DNA of 64,000 bases from Laetmonice hystrix. Lineage: Eukaryota. Position 1 is the first letter of the stretch; every line of letters starts with the position of its first letter. The position numbers and the translations under genes were made by a program. This document shows positions 1 through 14,900 of the stretch, piece by piece. The notes under the pieces are model-generated. The model saw only the letters and a list, made by a program, of their open reading frames with translations. It did not search any database and had not been told where the DNA came from. Where the stretch lies: positions 45,076,001 through 45,140,000 of the forward strand of contig OZ249436.1 in NCBI GenBank assembly GCA_965235115.1. Reading direction: 5' to 3'.

Positions 1-2789
1 AGGACATGTGTACAATCATGCCTATAGGACTTGCATGCAGCAAGTCGGAATCCGTCACATTGTAACTTCTGTTCTATAACCCGCCCACATAGGGGCCTAC
101 TATTTCCGGCTACAAGGGCTGGGGCCGAATGGATGGCGATTATAAGGTGGTATCCGCTGTGGTTGGGAGATTAGGCCTATAGGCCAGCCAGTCGATAACT
201 CTGGATACATACGGTACGCTCCATCCGGGTCCCTCGCGGCTAAAACAAACCACGCTTCAACATTCAGTCATTGACAGGAGCTTCCCCCAGGAGGAGATGT
301 AGCCAGGACAACACGAACGCTGTGATCGAAAACCTCCTCCAGCCTCCTCCATGGAGAATTCCAGTTCACGGTTTCCGCGAAGCAGTGAGCGCTGAACGTG
401 CTGGAGGCCCAAGCCTTGTTCAGGTGGCGCTGGGGTTAAAATAGATCGAGTGGAGTGTGTGTGTGTGGGGGGGGGGGGGGGGGGTGAGGCCGGCGTCTTC
501 CCTCCCACTCGTAACCCATCCATACAGCCGACCATCCCCTGCTTCCGACGGAGAGAAAAAAAACCCGGTGCAGGTAGAGGCCCGCCCTATGTCTGTGAAC
601 TCAGCGCCTGACCGGTTAGTCGACGCAGGGGATCGGCATCCAGAAACATATATAGCAATATCGCAATATTTCCAGACTTCGAACAACTCAGTGATATAGA
701 AAATATCTTAGTACACTTTTAGGTCCTGATATAACCAAGATAAGAGGGGATCTATGAACAGAAAAAAAATTCCCCCTCTTAGGCCTATTCCTACAGGTGC
801 ATTATGTAGACCTATTTTCTATCAAATTAATTAATGTATAGGCCTATTTGGTTGTATACCTCACCAGAAAATTGTATGTTTGTTTATATAGGCCTATATA
901 GGCCTAATGTATAAAAGGACACCAGGCTTAAAGGTTTACTATACGTTGTGTTAACACAGTATTAACACAGTGTTTAGGCCAGAGGTCAGAAAAGTAAATG
1001 ATCTGTTAACAGATAGTGTTAACACGCAACATACACTGAAATCCTCGGTTGAGAGTTTAATGCAGTCATGAGAAGTAGGCCTTTCAGTAGGGCGTCTACT
1101 GCTATAGGTTATCGCCAGGCGTCGCGCTCGTCTGCCCAGGTACGACAGCGACATCTATTGAGAGGAAGCGACGCTAAAACAATGTAAGCCCAGTGGGGCA
1201 CAGTCGAATGCACATTACTTTTCACCACCCCCGCCCCCACCGGGACCCCAAACACACCATAAATTTCACAGTTGAATAGGGCCTACCTGCATGGTTGCAC
1301 AGACATCCAATAACAGGGCAGATCTAGACCAAGGTCCTTTATCTGAGCCGTTTGTCATGTTAATAACCATATTATTGGCTATTATTAACAGGAAATCCAC
1401 GATAGGCCTAGGCCTGTTTGCCCTTTTAGTTTTAAAGCGGGATAGATGCACGCATTTTGAGAATCACAAACTGGTTCTGTCCAACCCAAACGATAGTATC
1501 ATTTGAACTTATTTAACAAGGAACTAGCCTGATACTCGGCGAATGCATAATAACGGAGACTTTTGAGTGGCAACTTAATTGGGACTCTTTTGCCTCGCGA
1601 ATTACGGCGGCTCGCCGAAAGTCGACCTGTTTACAATCCGACCGTGACGTCATCGCTTGGGTTCCCTAACAGGGGTACGTTTTTCATCATGTCGTTAGCT
1701 TGTCCTATCGTTAACTCCAATATAGGCCTATTTTCAATGGGGATTTTTACGCACGACGGGATAACGATAGATGAGAAACGTGACCCATGCTTGTAATGTA
1801 AACAGACATTCGTCCACATTTAATTTAGGCCTATAGGGGGTCTACTTGCTGCAACGGTTGAACATGCATGCCTAGAGCTTCTTCTCCAGAATATATATAC
1901 GAACCACATGGGCCTAGGCCTATAGCTTCCATTAGACAAATAGGCACACGTGCCTGTAGGTATATCTATTTCCCCACAGAAATAAAAAAAAAATGCAATA
2001 GGCCTACTAGGCCTAGGCTAAAAATAAGAGGAGATGACAGCAGTCAGTCTAGCCTAAGCCCCTACTGTAATCCCTAGGCCTACGTGTAAAATGAAATTAA
2101 AAGTTGATTCTTAAAAGTAGATCTAACTTAATTGGGCTACGCCTAGGGCTACCAGGATTTCCTTTTCCTAAAAATTAGGTAGGCCTACTCCCCCCTTAAA
2201 GTTTTCTGACTTTATTTAGGCCTAGCATGCAGACGCGGATCTCGGATTTTTTTTCAAGGGGGGTGGCTATTAAACTAAAGGAGCCTTGGACAGGTCGAGC
2301 GCCGAAGTCCGGGACACCCCCGAAATATTTTTAAATTTAAGGTGCAATTTAGTGACATTTGGTGCATTTTGGAGCAAAAAATGCTGTATTTTAGCCTACA
2401 AATTAAATGTCAAAAGTGACCAGCAAAAGAAAATAAGGCTCGAAGGGGGTGGCTATAGCCCAGGCGCGGATCCAGGATTTTTTGCAGGGGGGGGGGGGGT
2501 CCGAAAGATGCGAGCCGCTGGAGGAGGGGGCAAAAAGTCTGGGGCCCTTCCCCGATAACATAGCAAAAACCTAAGTTGGTCCTGAGCAGGGGGGGGGTCC
2601 GGACCCCCTGGACCCCCCTGGCATGCCTCCCCCAAGTGTAACCAGTTCTCTGGTGTAACCTAGGCTTGCTTGGCTTGCGGTAAAGGGGGAGGGTTGTGGG
2701 GTGCCAAGGGGGGATTGTGAACCTGTCAAGCGGGAAAATCACTAAACATCGTAGTGTTTCTGCTCCTCGCCAGGATCGCTGCAGCACGC

Positions 2790-2945
2790 GACCTCATCCA
2801 ATCATGGGTCAACTTGGTGACGTAATTGCAAATTCCAAGATGGCGTTTGGCGAGAGGTAACACCGAACCCGGTACATTCCGAGCCATTGGATGCCCTGAG
2901 ATACAGACGTGTACATTCATTCTAACAGAGAACTACGAAATTACA
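2790..2945 (+). promoter_or_regulatory. CERT1 core promoter / 5' UTR region
   Basis: CCAAT near 2798, CRE-like TGACGTAA near 2817, YY1-type CAAGATGGCG at 2836-2845, ATTGG near 2886, CpG-rich, directly upstream of ATG 2946. Confidence 0.55.
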
Positions 2946-5900
2946 ATGGCCGAAGACACAAGGGACGCTCTGAGTTTGACCGACGACGAAGAACAGGATG
3001 AATTTGACGATGAGCAGCAGCTACCCGAGTTAGCTGGTACCCTGAATAAATGGACAAATTACATACATGGCTGGCAAGACCGATACATCGTATTGAAAGA
3101 TGGCACTTTAAGCTATTATAAGTCGGAGAACGAAACAGCATTCGGCTGTCGAGGGGCTGTGAGTCTAGGAAAGGCTATAATTACGGTGAGTAGAACAATT
3201 CCTATTTGAACGTGGCGCACGACATGCCCAGACTCCTCGTCGTGTAGGGGACGATAATAGGGGGATTTCCCGTACTAAGCCTAAACCAAAGCCAAGACAC
3301 ACCCTCATATTTATAACTTGAAGTTGAAGTCTACTAGGCACAAATCGCTAATAGCATGCTAATACTAGTAATAGCCCCATGTTATAGCCGGAGGTTTTGG
3401 AGGACTAGGGTTCAGCGTTAAACCTAGCGTTAAGCGTATGTATTGTTCCTATATATTATTAGACTCTATTTGTGAATTGTGTGTTACATGTTGTTAATGT
3501 TAGTGTGATACCATGTTAATGGCCTTATAATGTTATATTAGATAGAGAGAATGCCCAACATGTGCGCCCCTCACAAAATCCGCCCGGTCATGTCCGCCCC
3601 ACCCTGCCGCCCGTGTTCCCGGCATGTACAAACTGTTCTCTCCCTTCCCTACCTCCTCGCGGAACACATTTTATGACATCGGCCTTCGGACAGTACAACT
3701 TACAAGGTACGGCCCAAAGTAAAATCTTTCTTTTCATGGAATACATTTTCCAACCAGTGGATCAGCGGGAGCATGCCGAGGTGTGGACAGATGACCAGTG
3801 GTGGTTAGGGATGTTTTCACTTAGGGACGTCCTTGCATGGGGACATTTTCACTGGCATTCCTCGAAGCCATCACTGACCGGATTTAAACGCAGCAAGTCC
3901 CGGTAGCAAACAGGTGACCTGTTGGTGACAACTTGGTGTCCTGTCACGATACAGCCACGCACCGAACAAGGCTTCCTTAACTGGCATAAATCCAGCTAGT
4001 TTTACATGCGATGTTGCTTCTACTTTGACGTCGTTTCTATGGTTTCCAGAGCTAACCCTCCCATGTGGTATTTTGTGGTACAAATGGACCAGATTGCTTA
4101 GCTGCGCCAGGTATATAAAATAATCGTTTAACGTACGATTGCTCAGAGCTCGACAAGTCTCTTGTATTTTGGTCTGCCTTTATCCAAAACAAAGTTCTGT
4201 TTAATTTGTAAACCTAGAAATGCATTAGTATACAGCATCAGGGCCACGATTTACTAAAAAGTCAATAATAATGATGTTGTTAATTTAACATAGAAGTGAA
4301 TGGGTTGCTAGGTTGTTAATCGTTAATATTATCGATTCTAATACTAAAACGGGCCCCAGGAGTCTTATTTTTTTTAATTTTCTTGGCGGAGATCCCCCCT
4401 CAAAATGACAGGGGGGTATGCTCACCTTCAAAGATATTGTGCTGGATGTGGGACACCAGTATCACGTTTCCTGAGGAAAACACTGATTGTGCAGTCTATG
4501 ACAGGCCTTGCCGTTTTACGGGCGCGATCGCGCTTGCGCCCCTAAGCGCCTGCAAAATCTGTTTCAGAAGTGCTTTTTATCGCGCCCCTCAACTTCACTG
4601 ACTGATGTGAACCCTCAGCCATATCTGAGGCAACCTCAAAAACGCTCTCTGTCTCCTCCTTGTTCCCCAGTCATTAATGAGTCAATCATTTCCTAGACGG
4701 CTCCCAGGACCTCTTCAGCCTATGCCAAACCTTATAAACTACCCTGAGTTTACCTGGAAATACCCAAACGTGGGACAGGAACAATTTCTAGGGGAGTGAT
4801 TTAGCTCCCCTCGGATAACCAAGGGGAGTGATGGATGGCTCCCGTAAAGATTTCAAACGGCAAGCACTGCTATGACCATTAAGTTGATTTGAGGTTTTCC
4901 ATGAAATTTCATATGGATTTGCCACTCTGTCTCAGAAAGTGTGCCTACTGACTACTTTATGAGGTTGTTGGGTTGAGGTTGTAACTTACAGCATTGTTTC
5001 TAATCGCCACATATTTACCAGCATTGCAACGGTAGTTACCGGTTTTTGCCAGTCATCGCTAAATATAGATCTAAAAGTGTTATAAACTTAAAAGCTATTA
5101 AAAATAATGTTACGGTACTGGACGGTTGCATCACTCCAAAAAGTGCTGGCACAGTCAGACATACATACCAGGCTTTAGTCAGTGTTACCTCATAAAAAAG
5201 GTAGCCTACTCGTGTAGCTTATATAGTCAGTGTAGAGTTCAACTCAATGCACTTTGAAGGCAGATATGTGCTACAGGGAAAAACTTGGATCCCTTTCAAA
5301 TAAATTCACGGACTGTAATTTGTAAAGATGAATGTATGTACCGTACCTGTACTGTAGTATTTTTTGAATGGCTATGATGTGCACAACGTTGCTGTTGCTC
5401 AATTTACAACGATATAAAACCAACATGCATGTGTTCCATGTGGATTTAGCAGACCGGTGCCATTGTGGCAGTGCAGATTCTGGAATGCCAGTGCCATGCA
5501 ATAATAAGTGGAAAGTTTTACAGTTTTTTTTATAATGTTCTCTCACCAGACATACACTCATCCGTTATGCCAGTTACAACCAGCCAATCAGATAATCAGC
5601 TCACTAAACACCCCTTTTGGTCATCAGACGTGGGGGGGGGGGGGAGACATGTATCAAGAAAGTCTGTGGGGGCCATAAGACAGAATTTCACAAAATACCT
5701 TAAAGATAGTAGCAGGGATTATTGAGCACTCAAAAACTACCCCAGGTTTTAACCAGACCTCCTATAGAAATGTTTTAGGACAGTTTTGATAGGGGCTTGT
5801 GTGACCCTGCTCTGGAAATTCTATAATTTTGCAATTAAAGGTTCCACCTCTTGACCTCATGAAGTGAGTTCAGTAGATGGGAATGTGGGGCATTGACCTA

Positions 5901-8900
5901 CTTCTCTGGCAGGAAAATAATCTGCTGCTGGTAGTGTTCCACAAAGATGAACTGATGATGCAGGCCCAGCCAAATCAGCATGAAAAGTCTGTGCTGGAAT
6001 TCTTCCCATTAATTGTGTAGACCTACTAGGTGCCAGTACTTCAGCTAGGATACAATATTTCACAATTATGTGGCATGTGCACAGCCAATGTTAAAGCAAA
6101 GACTACATGTTGTTTACTTTTCAACATTTTTTTCTGTTCAGCTGAAAGAAGTGTATAAATTCCAAAACATTTAAGTGTAAATCTGTGACCAGTGTCAGAG
6201 GCTTAAAAAAAGATAAGTCTAGGGGAGGATTTTGTGAAGAGGGTTTAGAGTCTTTCACGAGCAGGATGGGGATCATTGGGCTCTTTAAGGTGGCTGCTCT
6301 CCCCCAGGGTCTGCCACTGAGATCTAGCATTTACTTCCAACATAATGATTAATTATAGATCTGAACCATCTTATCACTCCTAAATATTTAAGTCATGCTT
6401 CACTAGCTACAACTGTGCAGTGATTTAAAACACAGTAGTTTATTCATTCAGAGAACTCTATAAGCTCCACAGAACATGCCTGGAGTACAACTGTTGTTCT
6501 TGGTGAAGCCCTGATCACTGAGCGTACCAGCACTGGGCTGTGAGATAGTGGGCGTTGGCTGGCAGTGTAATGAATGTGTTGAATATGTACACAGACCCTA
6601 GAGATAGGCCACAGTTGACACCAGCACCAGCGACCCCTGACCCTGTCCGACCCAACCCCACTCTCTATCAAGGTCAGAGGGACGCCTGCCCAGAGAGACT
6701 TGATACTTTAGGGTTGGCATACCAAGTCGGGTCAGCAGAGATATCTGGCATGCCTCTCCCTTGACAACTCAACTCATTTTGAGTGGAGTCTACAACCTAC
6801 CATGGTCAGAGATTTATGGTTGTGAGCGCGATGACTGAAACCACCAATGAGAAATATAATGCATCTAATCACACCATGTCTGGTTATCTCTGATGTGGTG
6901 AATAGATTATTGATCTGATGTAGTACTCAGAGCTGAGCTGTGTGACAGAGACAGCCGGAGGGTGTTTGGATGGAGGCGTGGGGAAGACATGGCCCCCAGT
7001 TGTTGGCAGTGATCCATTGATCATTACCATATGTCGTTACTCTGTGTGGTTGTGAGCTGGGTACGGTGAGGATTACATAAATGGTGCTGGTTAGGCACTC
7101 CTCTGATCTGACTGATAGTAAACACATCAAGAGACCCAGAACAAAGTAGACTTGATATGGTTACAAAAGCCCACACAAGGGGGGGAGGGGGTCCTCTTGT
7201 TAACGGCCCTGGCCCACACAAGGGGGGGGGGGGGGTCCTCTTGTTACGGGCCCTGGCCCACACAAGGGGGGGGGGGGATCCTCTTGTTACGGGCCCTGGG
7301 TAATGAGAAAAGTGGATACATGGAGACATGTGTGAATCCTACCAGTTTATCTCAACACTAAGTTTGTACAGATGGAGTAGAAATAGTTTGTGGTTACGGA
7401 AATAACTCTACATTCAGTCCTTGACTGAAAGTTTGAAGGATATTATTAGCTGTCAGAGTATGAGAGTTTCAACACAAGTTTGAACGTTAAGTTCAGCAAC
7501 CCCAGGATAACGGGTTCAGTCTTTGAGTGAGAAATCACAAGGAGAGGTTTATTAATTTAAAGCTCAGATATTCTAGATCATAAACAATTGTGATTTTAAT
7601 GTTGATACATTCTGTTGAAAGATTTGAGACTGTTTGAGTTAAAAATGGTGGTCATTGCATCAATATGTTAAAACTGCCCCAAACGTGAGCCAGGCTGGAC
7701 TGGGTGCACCCGGGCCTTGGCCGCTGTGGTCATGTGATGACTGTAGTAATGTACCGATTGTTGTCAGCCATCAGTCTGCCTGCACCAGCATCTATTACCA
7801 GGTATCTAGGTCACTTACCCACTGGTTGATTGTTCACAGGTAAAACAGGTGCCACCCTAGCTCCCTGTGTGATAGTCATACCCTCACCACCCACTGCCAA
7901 CCCCGCCACAGTCCCGGGGAGCTGGGTGGGAGGGAGAAATGATCATACCCTCACCGCCCACTGCCAACCCCAGGCACAGTCCCGGGGAGCTGGGTGGGAG
8001 GGAGAAATGATCATACCCTCCTCACCCACTGCCAACCTCCGGGGAGCTAGGTCTGAGGGAGAAATGATCATACCCTCACCACCCACTGCCAACCCCAGGC
8101 ACAGTCCCGGGGAGCTAGGTCTGAGGGAGAAATGATCATACCCTCACCACCCACTGCCAACCCCAGACACAGTCCCGGGGAGCTGGGTGGGAGGGAGAAA
8201 TGATCATACCCTCCCCGCCCACTGCCAACCCCCGGGGAGCTAGTTGGGAGGGAGAAATGATCATACCCTCCCCGCCCACTGCCAACTCCCGGGGAGCTGG
8301 GTGGGAGGGAGAAATGATCATACCCTCAACACCAACCCAACCCCAGGCACAGTCCCGGGGAGCTAGGTCTGAGGGAGAAATGATCATACCCTCCCCACTC
8401 ACTGCCAACCGCAGGCACAGTCCCGGGGAGCTGGGTCTGAGGGAGAAATGGTCATACCCTCCTCACCCACTGCCAACCCCCGGGGAGCTAGGTGGGAGGG
8501 AGAAATGATCATACCCTCCTCACCCACTGCCAACCTCCGGGGAGCTAGTTGGGAGGGAGAAATGATCATACCCTCCCCACTCACTGCCAACCCCAGGCAC
8601 AGTCCCGGGGAGCTGGGTGGGAGGGAGAAATGATCATACCCTCCCCGCCCACTGCCAACCCCCGGGGAGCTAGGTGGGAGGGAGAAATGATCATACCCTC
8701 CCCACCCACTGCCTACCCCTGGGGAGCTAGGTGGGAGGGAGAAATGATCATACCCTCCTCACCCACTGCCAACCCCAGGCACAGTCCCGGGGAGCTAGGT
8801 GGGAGGGAGAAATGATCATACCCTCCTCACCCACTGCCAACCTCCGGGGAGCTAGTTGGGAGGGAGAAATGATCATACCCTCCTCACCCACTGCCAACCC

Positions 8901-11900
8901 CAGGCACAGTCCCGGGGAGCTGGGTGGGAGGGAGAAATGATCATACCCTCCCCACCCACTGCCAACCCCAGGCACAGTCCCGGGGAGCTAGGTGGGAGGG
9001 AGAAATGATCATACCCTCCCCACCCACTGCCAACCCCAGGCACAGTCCCGGGGAGCTGGGTCTGAGGGAGAAATGATCATACCCTCCCCACCCACTGCCA
9101 ACCCCAGGCACAGTCCCGGGGAGCTGGGTGGGAGGGAGAAATGATCATACCCTCCCCACTCACTGCCAACCCCAGGCACAGTCCCGGGGAGCTGGGTGGG
9201 AGGGAGAAATGATCATACCCTCCCCACTCACTGCCAACCCCGCCACAGTCCCGGGGAGCTAGGTCTGAGGGAGAAATGATCATACCCTCCCCACTCACTG
9301 CCAACCCCCGGGGAGCTGGGTGGAAGGGAGAAATGATCATACCCTCCCCACCCACTGCCAACCCCCGGGGAGCTGGGTGGGAGGGAGAAATGATCATACC
9401 CTCCCCACACTGCCAACCCCAGGCACAGTCCCGGGGAGCTGGGTGGGAGGGAGAAATGATCATACCCTCCCCGCCCACTGCCAACCCCAGGCACAGTCCC
9501 GGGGAGCTGGGTGGGAGGGAGAAATGATCATACCCTCCCCACCCACTGCCAACCCCAGGCACAGTCCCGGGGAGCTGGGTGGGAGGGAGAAATGATCATA
9601 CCCTCCCCACCCACTGCCAACCCCAGGCACAGTCCCGGGGAGCTGGGTGGGAGGGAGAAATGATCATACCCTCCCCGCCCACTGCCAACCCCAGGCATGC
9701 ACAGTCCCGGGGAGCTGGGTGGGAGGGAGAAATGATCATACCCTCCCCACCCACTGCCAACCCCAGGCACAGTCCCGGGGAGCTAGGTGGGAGGGAGAAA
9801 TGATCATACCCTCCCCACCCACTGCCAACCCCAGGCACAGTCCCGGGGAGCTGGGTGGGAGGGAGAAATGATCATACCCTCCCCACACACTGCCAACCCG
9901 GCCAAGGTCCTGTCGGAGTTCTCAGTGAATATCTCTGGTTCATGTTGTATTGGTCAGTTGTGTTAGAGGTGCGCTCACAGTGACCCAGTCTCTATCAGTG
10001 ACGAGTAGTCAGTACAAGTAGTGGGTGGGGCAGCATGATGAATCATGTGAGCAGTCCTAGTTGACTGGTCCATGGATCCTTGATCTAACTCTTTCACCCC
10101 AACTGGTGCCCTCTGGTGGTTACCACACGTACCAACCTGAGATCCTCACTCCAACTGTGGTGATGGGGGTTAGAAATAAAGAAAATATTTAAACTGCACA
10201 TATAAACCTTAAGTTACTTCACTCAGACTGTTGTGCTCATTATGGAAAATTGATTACTGGTGTATTTTAACGTGAAAACCCTTCAGGAGTAATTTTGAAG
10301 AATTTGTACCCTATTTTATCACCCCCCATCCAGCCATCCCACCCTTGAATGAAGTCAAGATAATATCCTGACTGTATTTAAGGGCGAGATGGCCTGATAG
10401 GGTAGTAGCTTGGGGCCAGTACAGACCAGCCACCATGCTGACTGCCTGAAAGTCAGACATTTGTACATTAACATGGCTGATCAGATGGGCTCCCTGAGAT
10501 TGATAGAATGCAAATAAAAGGTCTGGTGTAAGAACTAAGATTTAAGCTAGATAGAGAATGACTTAAAATTATTAGTACCTGGGTCCATTATCCTTGTATG
10601 TCGATTATCCTTGTACATACTGTATGATATATTGATTACAAATGGAAGTATGGAATAGAACCTTGTTTTTATATCACTAAAATTTACATTTTTATATTTT
10701 TTCAGTCTCACGAATTTGACGAATGTCGGTTTGATGTCAGTGTCAATGACTGTCTTTGGTATCTTCGGGCCAGAAATACAGAAGAACGACAGAAGTGGAT
10801 AGACTGTTTAGAACATCATAGGGTGAGTGGTCATATATCCCAATAATAAACCAAAACCTTTGTGTGTCAAAGGTGCAGTACACTAACACAGTACACATAA
10901 TATCCCAATAATAAACCCAAACCTTTGTGTGTCAAAGGTGCAGTACACTGACACAGTACACATAATATCCCAATAATAAACCCAAACCTTTGTGTGTCAA
11001 AGGTGCAGTACACTAACACATAATATCCCAATGATAAAACAAAACCTTTGTGTGTCAAAGGTGCAGTACACTGACACAGTACACATAATATCCCAATAAT
11101 AAAACAAAACCTTTGTGTGTCAAAGGTGCAGTACACTGACACAGTACACATAATATCCCAATAATAAAACAAAACCTTTGTGTGTCAAAGGTGCAGTACA
11201 CTGACACAGTACACATAATATCCCAATAATAAAACAAAACCTTTGTGTGTCAAAGGTGCAGTACATTGACACAGTACACATAATCCCAATGATAAAACAA
11301 AACCTTTGTGTGTCAAAGGTGCAGTACACTGACACAGTACACATAATATCCCAATGATAAAACAAAACCTTTGTGTGTCAAAGGTGCAGTACACTGACAC
11401 AGTACACATAACATTTGCAAATAAACGATCTCGATGTTTTCAAAGAGAGTGTCGCACATAGAATGTAACCAACCGGTCACCTTGTTTGGTTTCACCATTC
11501 TCAAACTGTCGACCTGATCCCATTAGGACGGCTGATGTGCTATTTAATCAGGTTACAAAATGAAGCTGTGACAATGAAGAACTTTTATATACAGATTGAG
11601 TGATATTTTTTTGCCCGGTATCTGTGAGAAGGGCGTGAAGTTTCCGTTGGTAGTAACAGATTTGAAACTTATGTTTGAACATACAGAACACAAGACGAAG
11701 TCAGGTAATGAGATTAGCTGTAGATCTGCATGACCATGGCAGTTATTGTACACACAAAATTAAACATACAATTTGAATCATAAACCTGGGATGTTTATTT
11801 TTTTAACCAACTCGTGGAAAAAGTATAGAGGTCTCTTTCATTAAAATTGGTCCAGTTTTAGGCTTTCACAGTGCCTAGTTTCTGTTCTTCTGAGCCTAAA

Positions 11901-14900
11901 ACTTGTGAACTCGGCAACTGCATGTTGTGAACAAGTGCTTTTCTTGTTGTGACTTTTGAATATATGGTAATAATTGTTTGTAAAACTGAAGGTTTTATTA
12001 GGTTCTGGAGAGATTTCTATGGTGATATCTCCTCACCGATACACATGGCACCCTGTCCTGTACAATTTAGATGAAACATATGACTACAGTCTCGTGTACT
12101 ATCATGTCATTAAACTCAAATTATCATTTAAAGTCCAAGTTTTCGTGTAAATCTGAATATTTAAGTTTTGTTGCTTTCAAGTTTCTCTTTTATCATGTTT
12201 GTGGATATGTTGTCGAGATGTTGGATAGCTGGAAAGTCTGTAAACACCGAGTACTATTTATCACAGCCAAAGATCAAAGTTATGACTAATGTAGTACATA
12301 CATGTAATGGATTGTACATATAATTAAGGGCTCAGAATGGTACACGCAGACTCTGATCTGTCTAGTGACTAGGCGTTGACAATAAGAAAATGATACTTCT
12401 TTAGTGTTTTAAAAGGCTTGGCTTTATCACTGCCATCAGTAAATAAACATGTAAGCATGCTAAGTACTGTTAAGACTCTTATGTATGATTATTGATATAC
12501 TGTAAGTAACAATGAAGGCATTATCAGAGACATCAGTCACACAGTCCAGAGAAAATACTATCTGAGTTAAAAAACGACTGGCAGGCTTTAATCATGGATC
12601 TGGTCCAAGTGTTATTGTATGTGTGGTCGAGAGCATATAAAGACAGGTTAGCAGTCAGAGAAAGAATGGGTTAGCCGCAGGGATACTGGTCGTGGGTTAA
12701 GAATTGTACATTTTATATTGACGTGTAGGTAATTTTGAGAGAATGTTATTTATACCAGTTGAGTTAGCCCTAGACAGTAAAACAGTTTGTTACATGCATG
12801 TCCATAGGGGAACTTTGAGAGTTCTTTCATGAGACATCTGGCTAAATAATTATAAAGTAACCAGTGTACGGAAGTAAGACGTGAACTTGGTTACTGCCTT
12901 GAGTAAGTGATTTTTTACTGATCCTGTGTTGTTGTATTACTATTACAGCAAGCCGAGTCTGGCTATGGCAGTGAGAACAGTCTACGGCGCCATGGATCTA
13001 TGCTGTCACTCACATCTACAACTAGCTTATCAACGTCTTCAGCCACCTCATTCAAGGTATATGTCAGGGCAATAAAAATAATCGGTTATTAGTGCAGGGA
13101 TTAATGTGGATTGGTGGATTTCTGCCGTATTTTGTGGTACCATGCAATGTTCCCAGAGTGCAGGGGCAGGGGCATTAATGGGCAGTTTTCCAGTTTTTAA
13201 CCAGTACTCTGTTAATGTTATCGCAAAAAAGAAATCTGATGAAAAGTTAAGAAATGCAATTGCGGGTGTCCAGAACAATAACTTAAAAAGGAACTGTCAA
13301 TTTCTAATGAATTATGTGTCCTGAAGAGAAAAAGAATGCATTCCATCATTTTGGTGAAAAGTAATGCAGCACACCCTTACCAAGGAAATGGGCGAGGGAG
13401 CTCTGTAAGATGTACCTAACCTGCTCCCCCCAAAAACATTTCTAAATCTCAAATTAATGTTTGTGTGTGTACTCTGCCCTCAATCGTACTTGTATTTGAT
13501 ATTAACTCATATTTGATAATAATTATATTGAAACATGCAATATATATTAATTTTGGTCTCGCTGTGAAGCAGAGAAAAGTTGTTGAGGCTCAGGCATCGG
13601 TTCAGGTATCCATGGTAAAAAAGAATAAAAATAAATGATAAATATTGTCTTTTAAAGAGGGGGCGTGGACTGCGAGAGAAGCTGGCAGAAATGGAAACAT
13701 TCCGAGATATTCTGTGTCGTCAAGTTGACACACTACAGAATTATTTTGATGCCTGTGCATCAGCACTGGCTCAACAGAGCATACATGACTGTAAGTATTT
13801 TTATTTACATTAAACCTAATCTCTTTTGATGGAACAAGCAAATTTATGATCATACAGATAGGTGGTTCTGGTTCATCGAACCTTGCTTTGCAATAAGAAA
13901 GGTAAGACTAAGTTGCAAACCAATGGATGAAAAAATACTTGTCATTGGTGGATAATCAAGATCCACGTACTATATTTACACTGTACTGGTAATTGTTGGA
14001 TTGTATTTGAAGAAAAAAAATTAATCCAGTCAGTATTTATCACTCATGCTATCATTGTTTGATGTGTTTTCAGTGGAAAATGACGATATTGATGATGTAG
14101 ACGACTTTGACACTCCTGGAAGCACCAATGGCAGCACAGCTAGTAGTCAGTCTACGAGAACCTCATCGAACTTTGGCACAGAGGCAGATGGACCCCGGGA
14201 AAAAGATATAAGTAAGTACCAGTAACCAGTAGGAATTGTTACACTAAAGTAGCAAATGTTCAATTTGAAATCACATCATTTGTTAGTTTGTTGCTATCAT
14301 TGGTACATACCCTGGTACTACTCATAAAGGTATTTTTCACATTTGATTCTGAAAAAAAGATATTTGTGCAAGAAAGAGAGTGTTTACAGATACTTTGTTT
14401 GAAAAGAATTGTTGTCATATCTGCAGGGATTCGTGATATCGATACATTGTGACCAGATTATAAAATGATTTGTCGCATGCCATGCCATGCCAATACCATG
14501 CCAATCACTAAGTGTTGTTTGTGATGATAACCTGATTATGATGTTTACTGGGGCACTTCCGGATTTGGACTGAGACTTACAGATAATGCATTTATCAGAT
14601 TTGCCAGGCACTGTGACCAGAAGAAGTAGGATTCCCCTTCATCTCTTGACAGATAAAAGTTTGTCAATTTATGAATATTTAATCCAGTTTCTTGAAAAGT
14701 TTCATTGCTGCAGGCAGTTAAGAATTCAGAGTGAGTCAGAGGCCGTTGGCAGATCGGACAGATACAGCATAGACCAGCATGAACAGGGTTTTTATATTGT
14801 CACAATCAATTTCAGGACTGTACATTAACAAACACTCACCCGTAAATTTATCTACCAAGTAGTGGGGGTTGCAAAAATAAGATAATCACAAAACTTTATC

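Noticed and set aside
257..535. Exon-like GC-rich stretch upstream of CERT1
   Set aside because: No frame on either strand resembles a protein I recognise and no partner exons were found.
2230..2635. CAGGCGCGGATCCAGGATTTT-poly(G) segments (similar at ~44187 and ~48922)
   Set aside because: Probably MITE remnants, but I could not pair termini or find TSDs, so they are not listed as features.
7830..9871. Many overlapping ORFs ([13 protein letters not shown]...)
   Set aside because: Products of the intronic 68/57-bp minisatellite; the 68-bp unit shifts frame.
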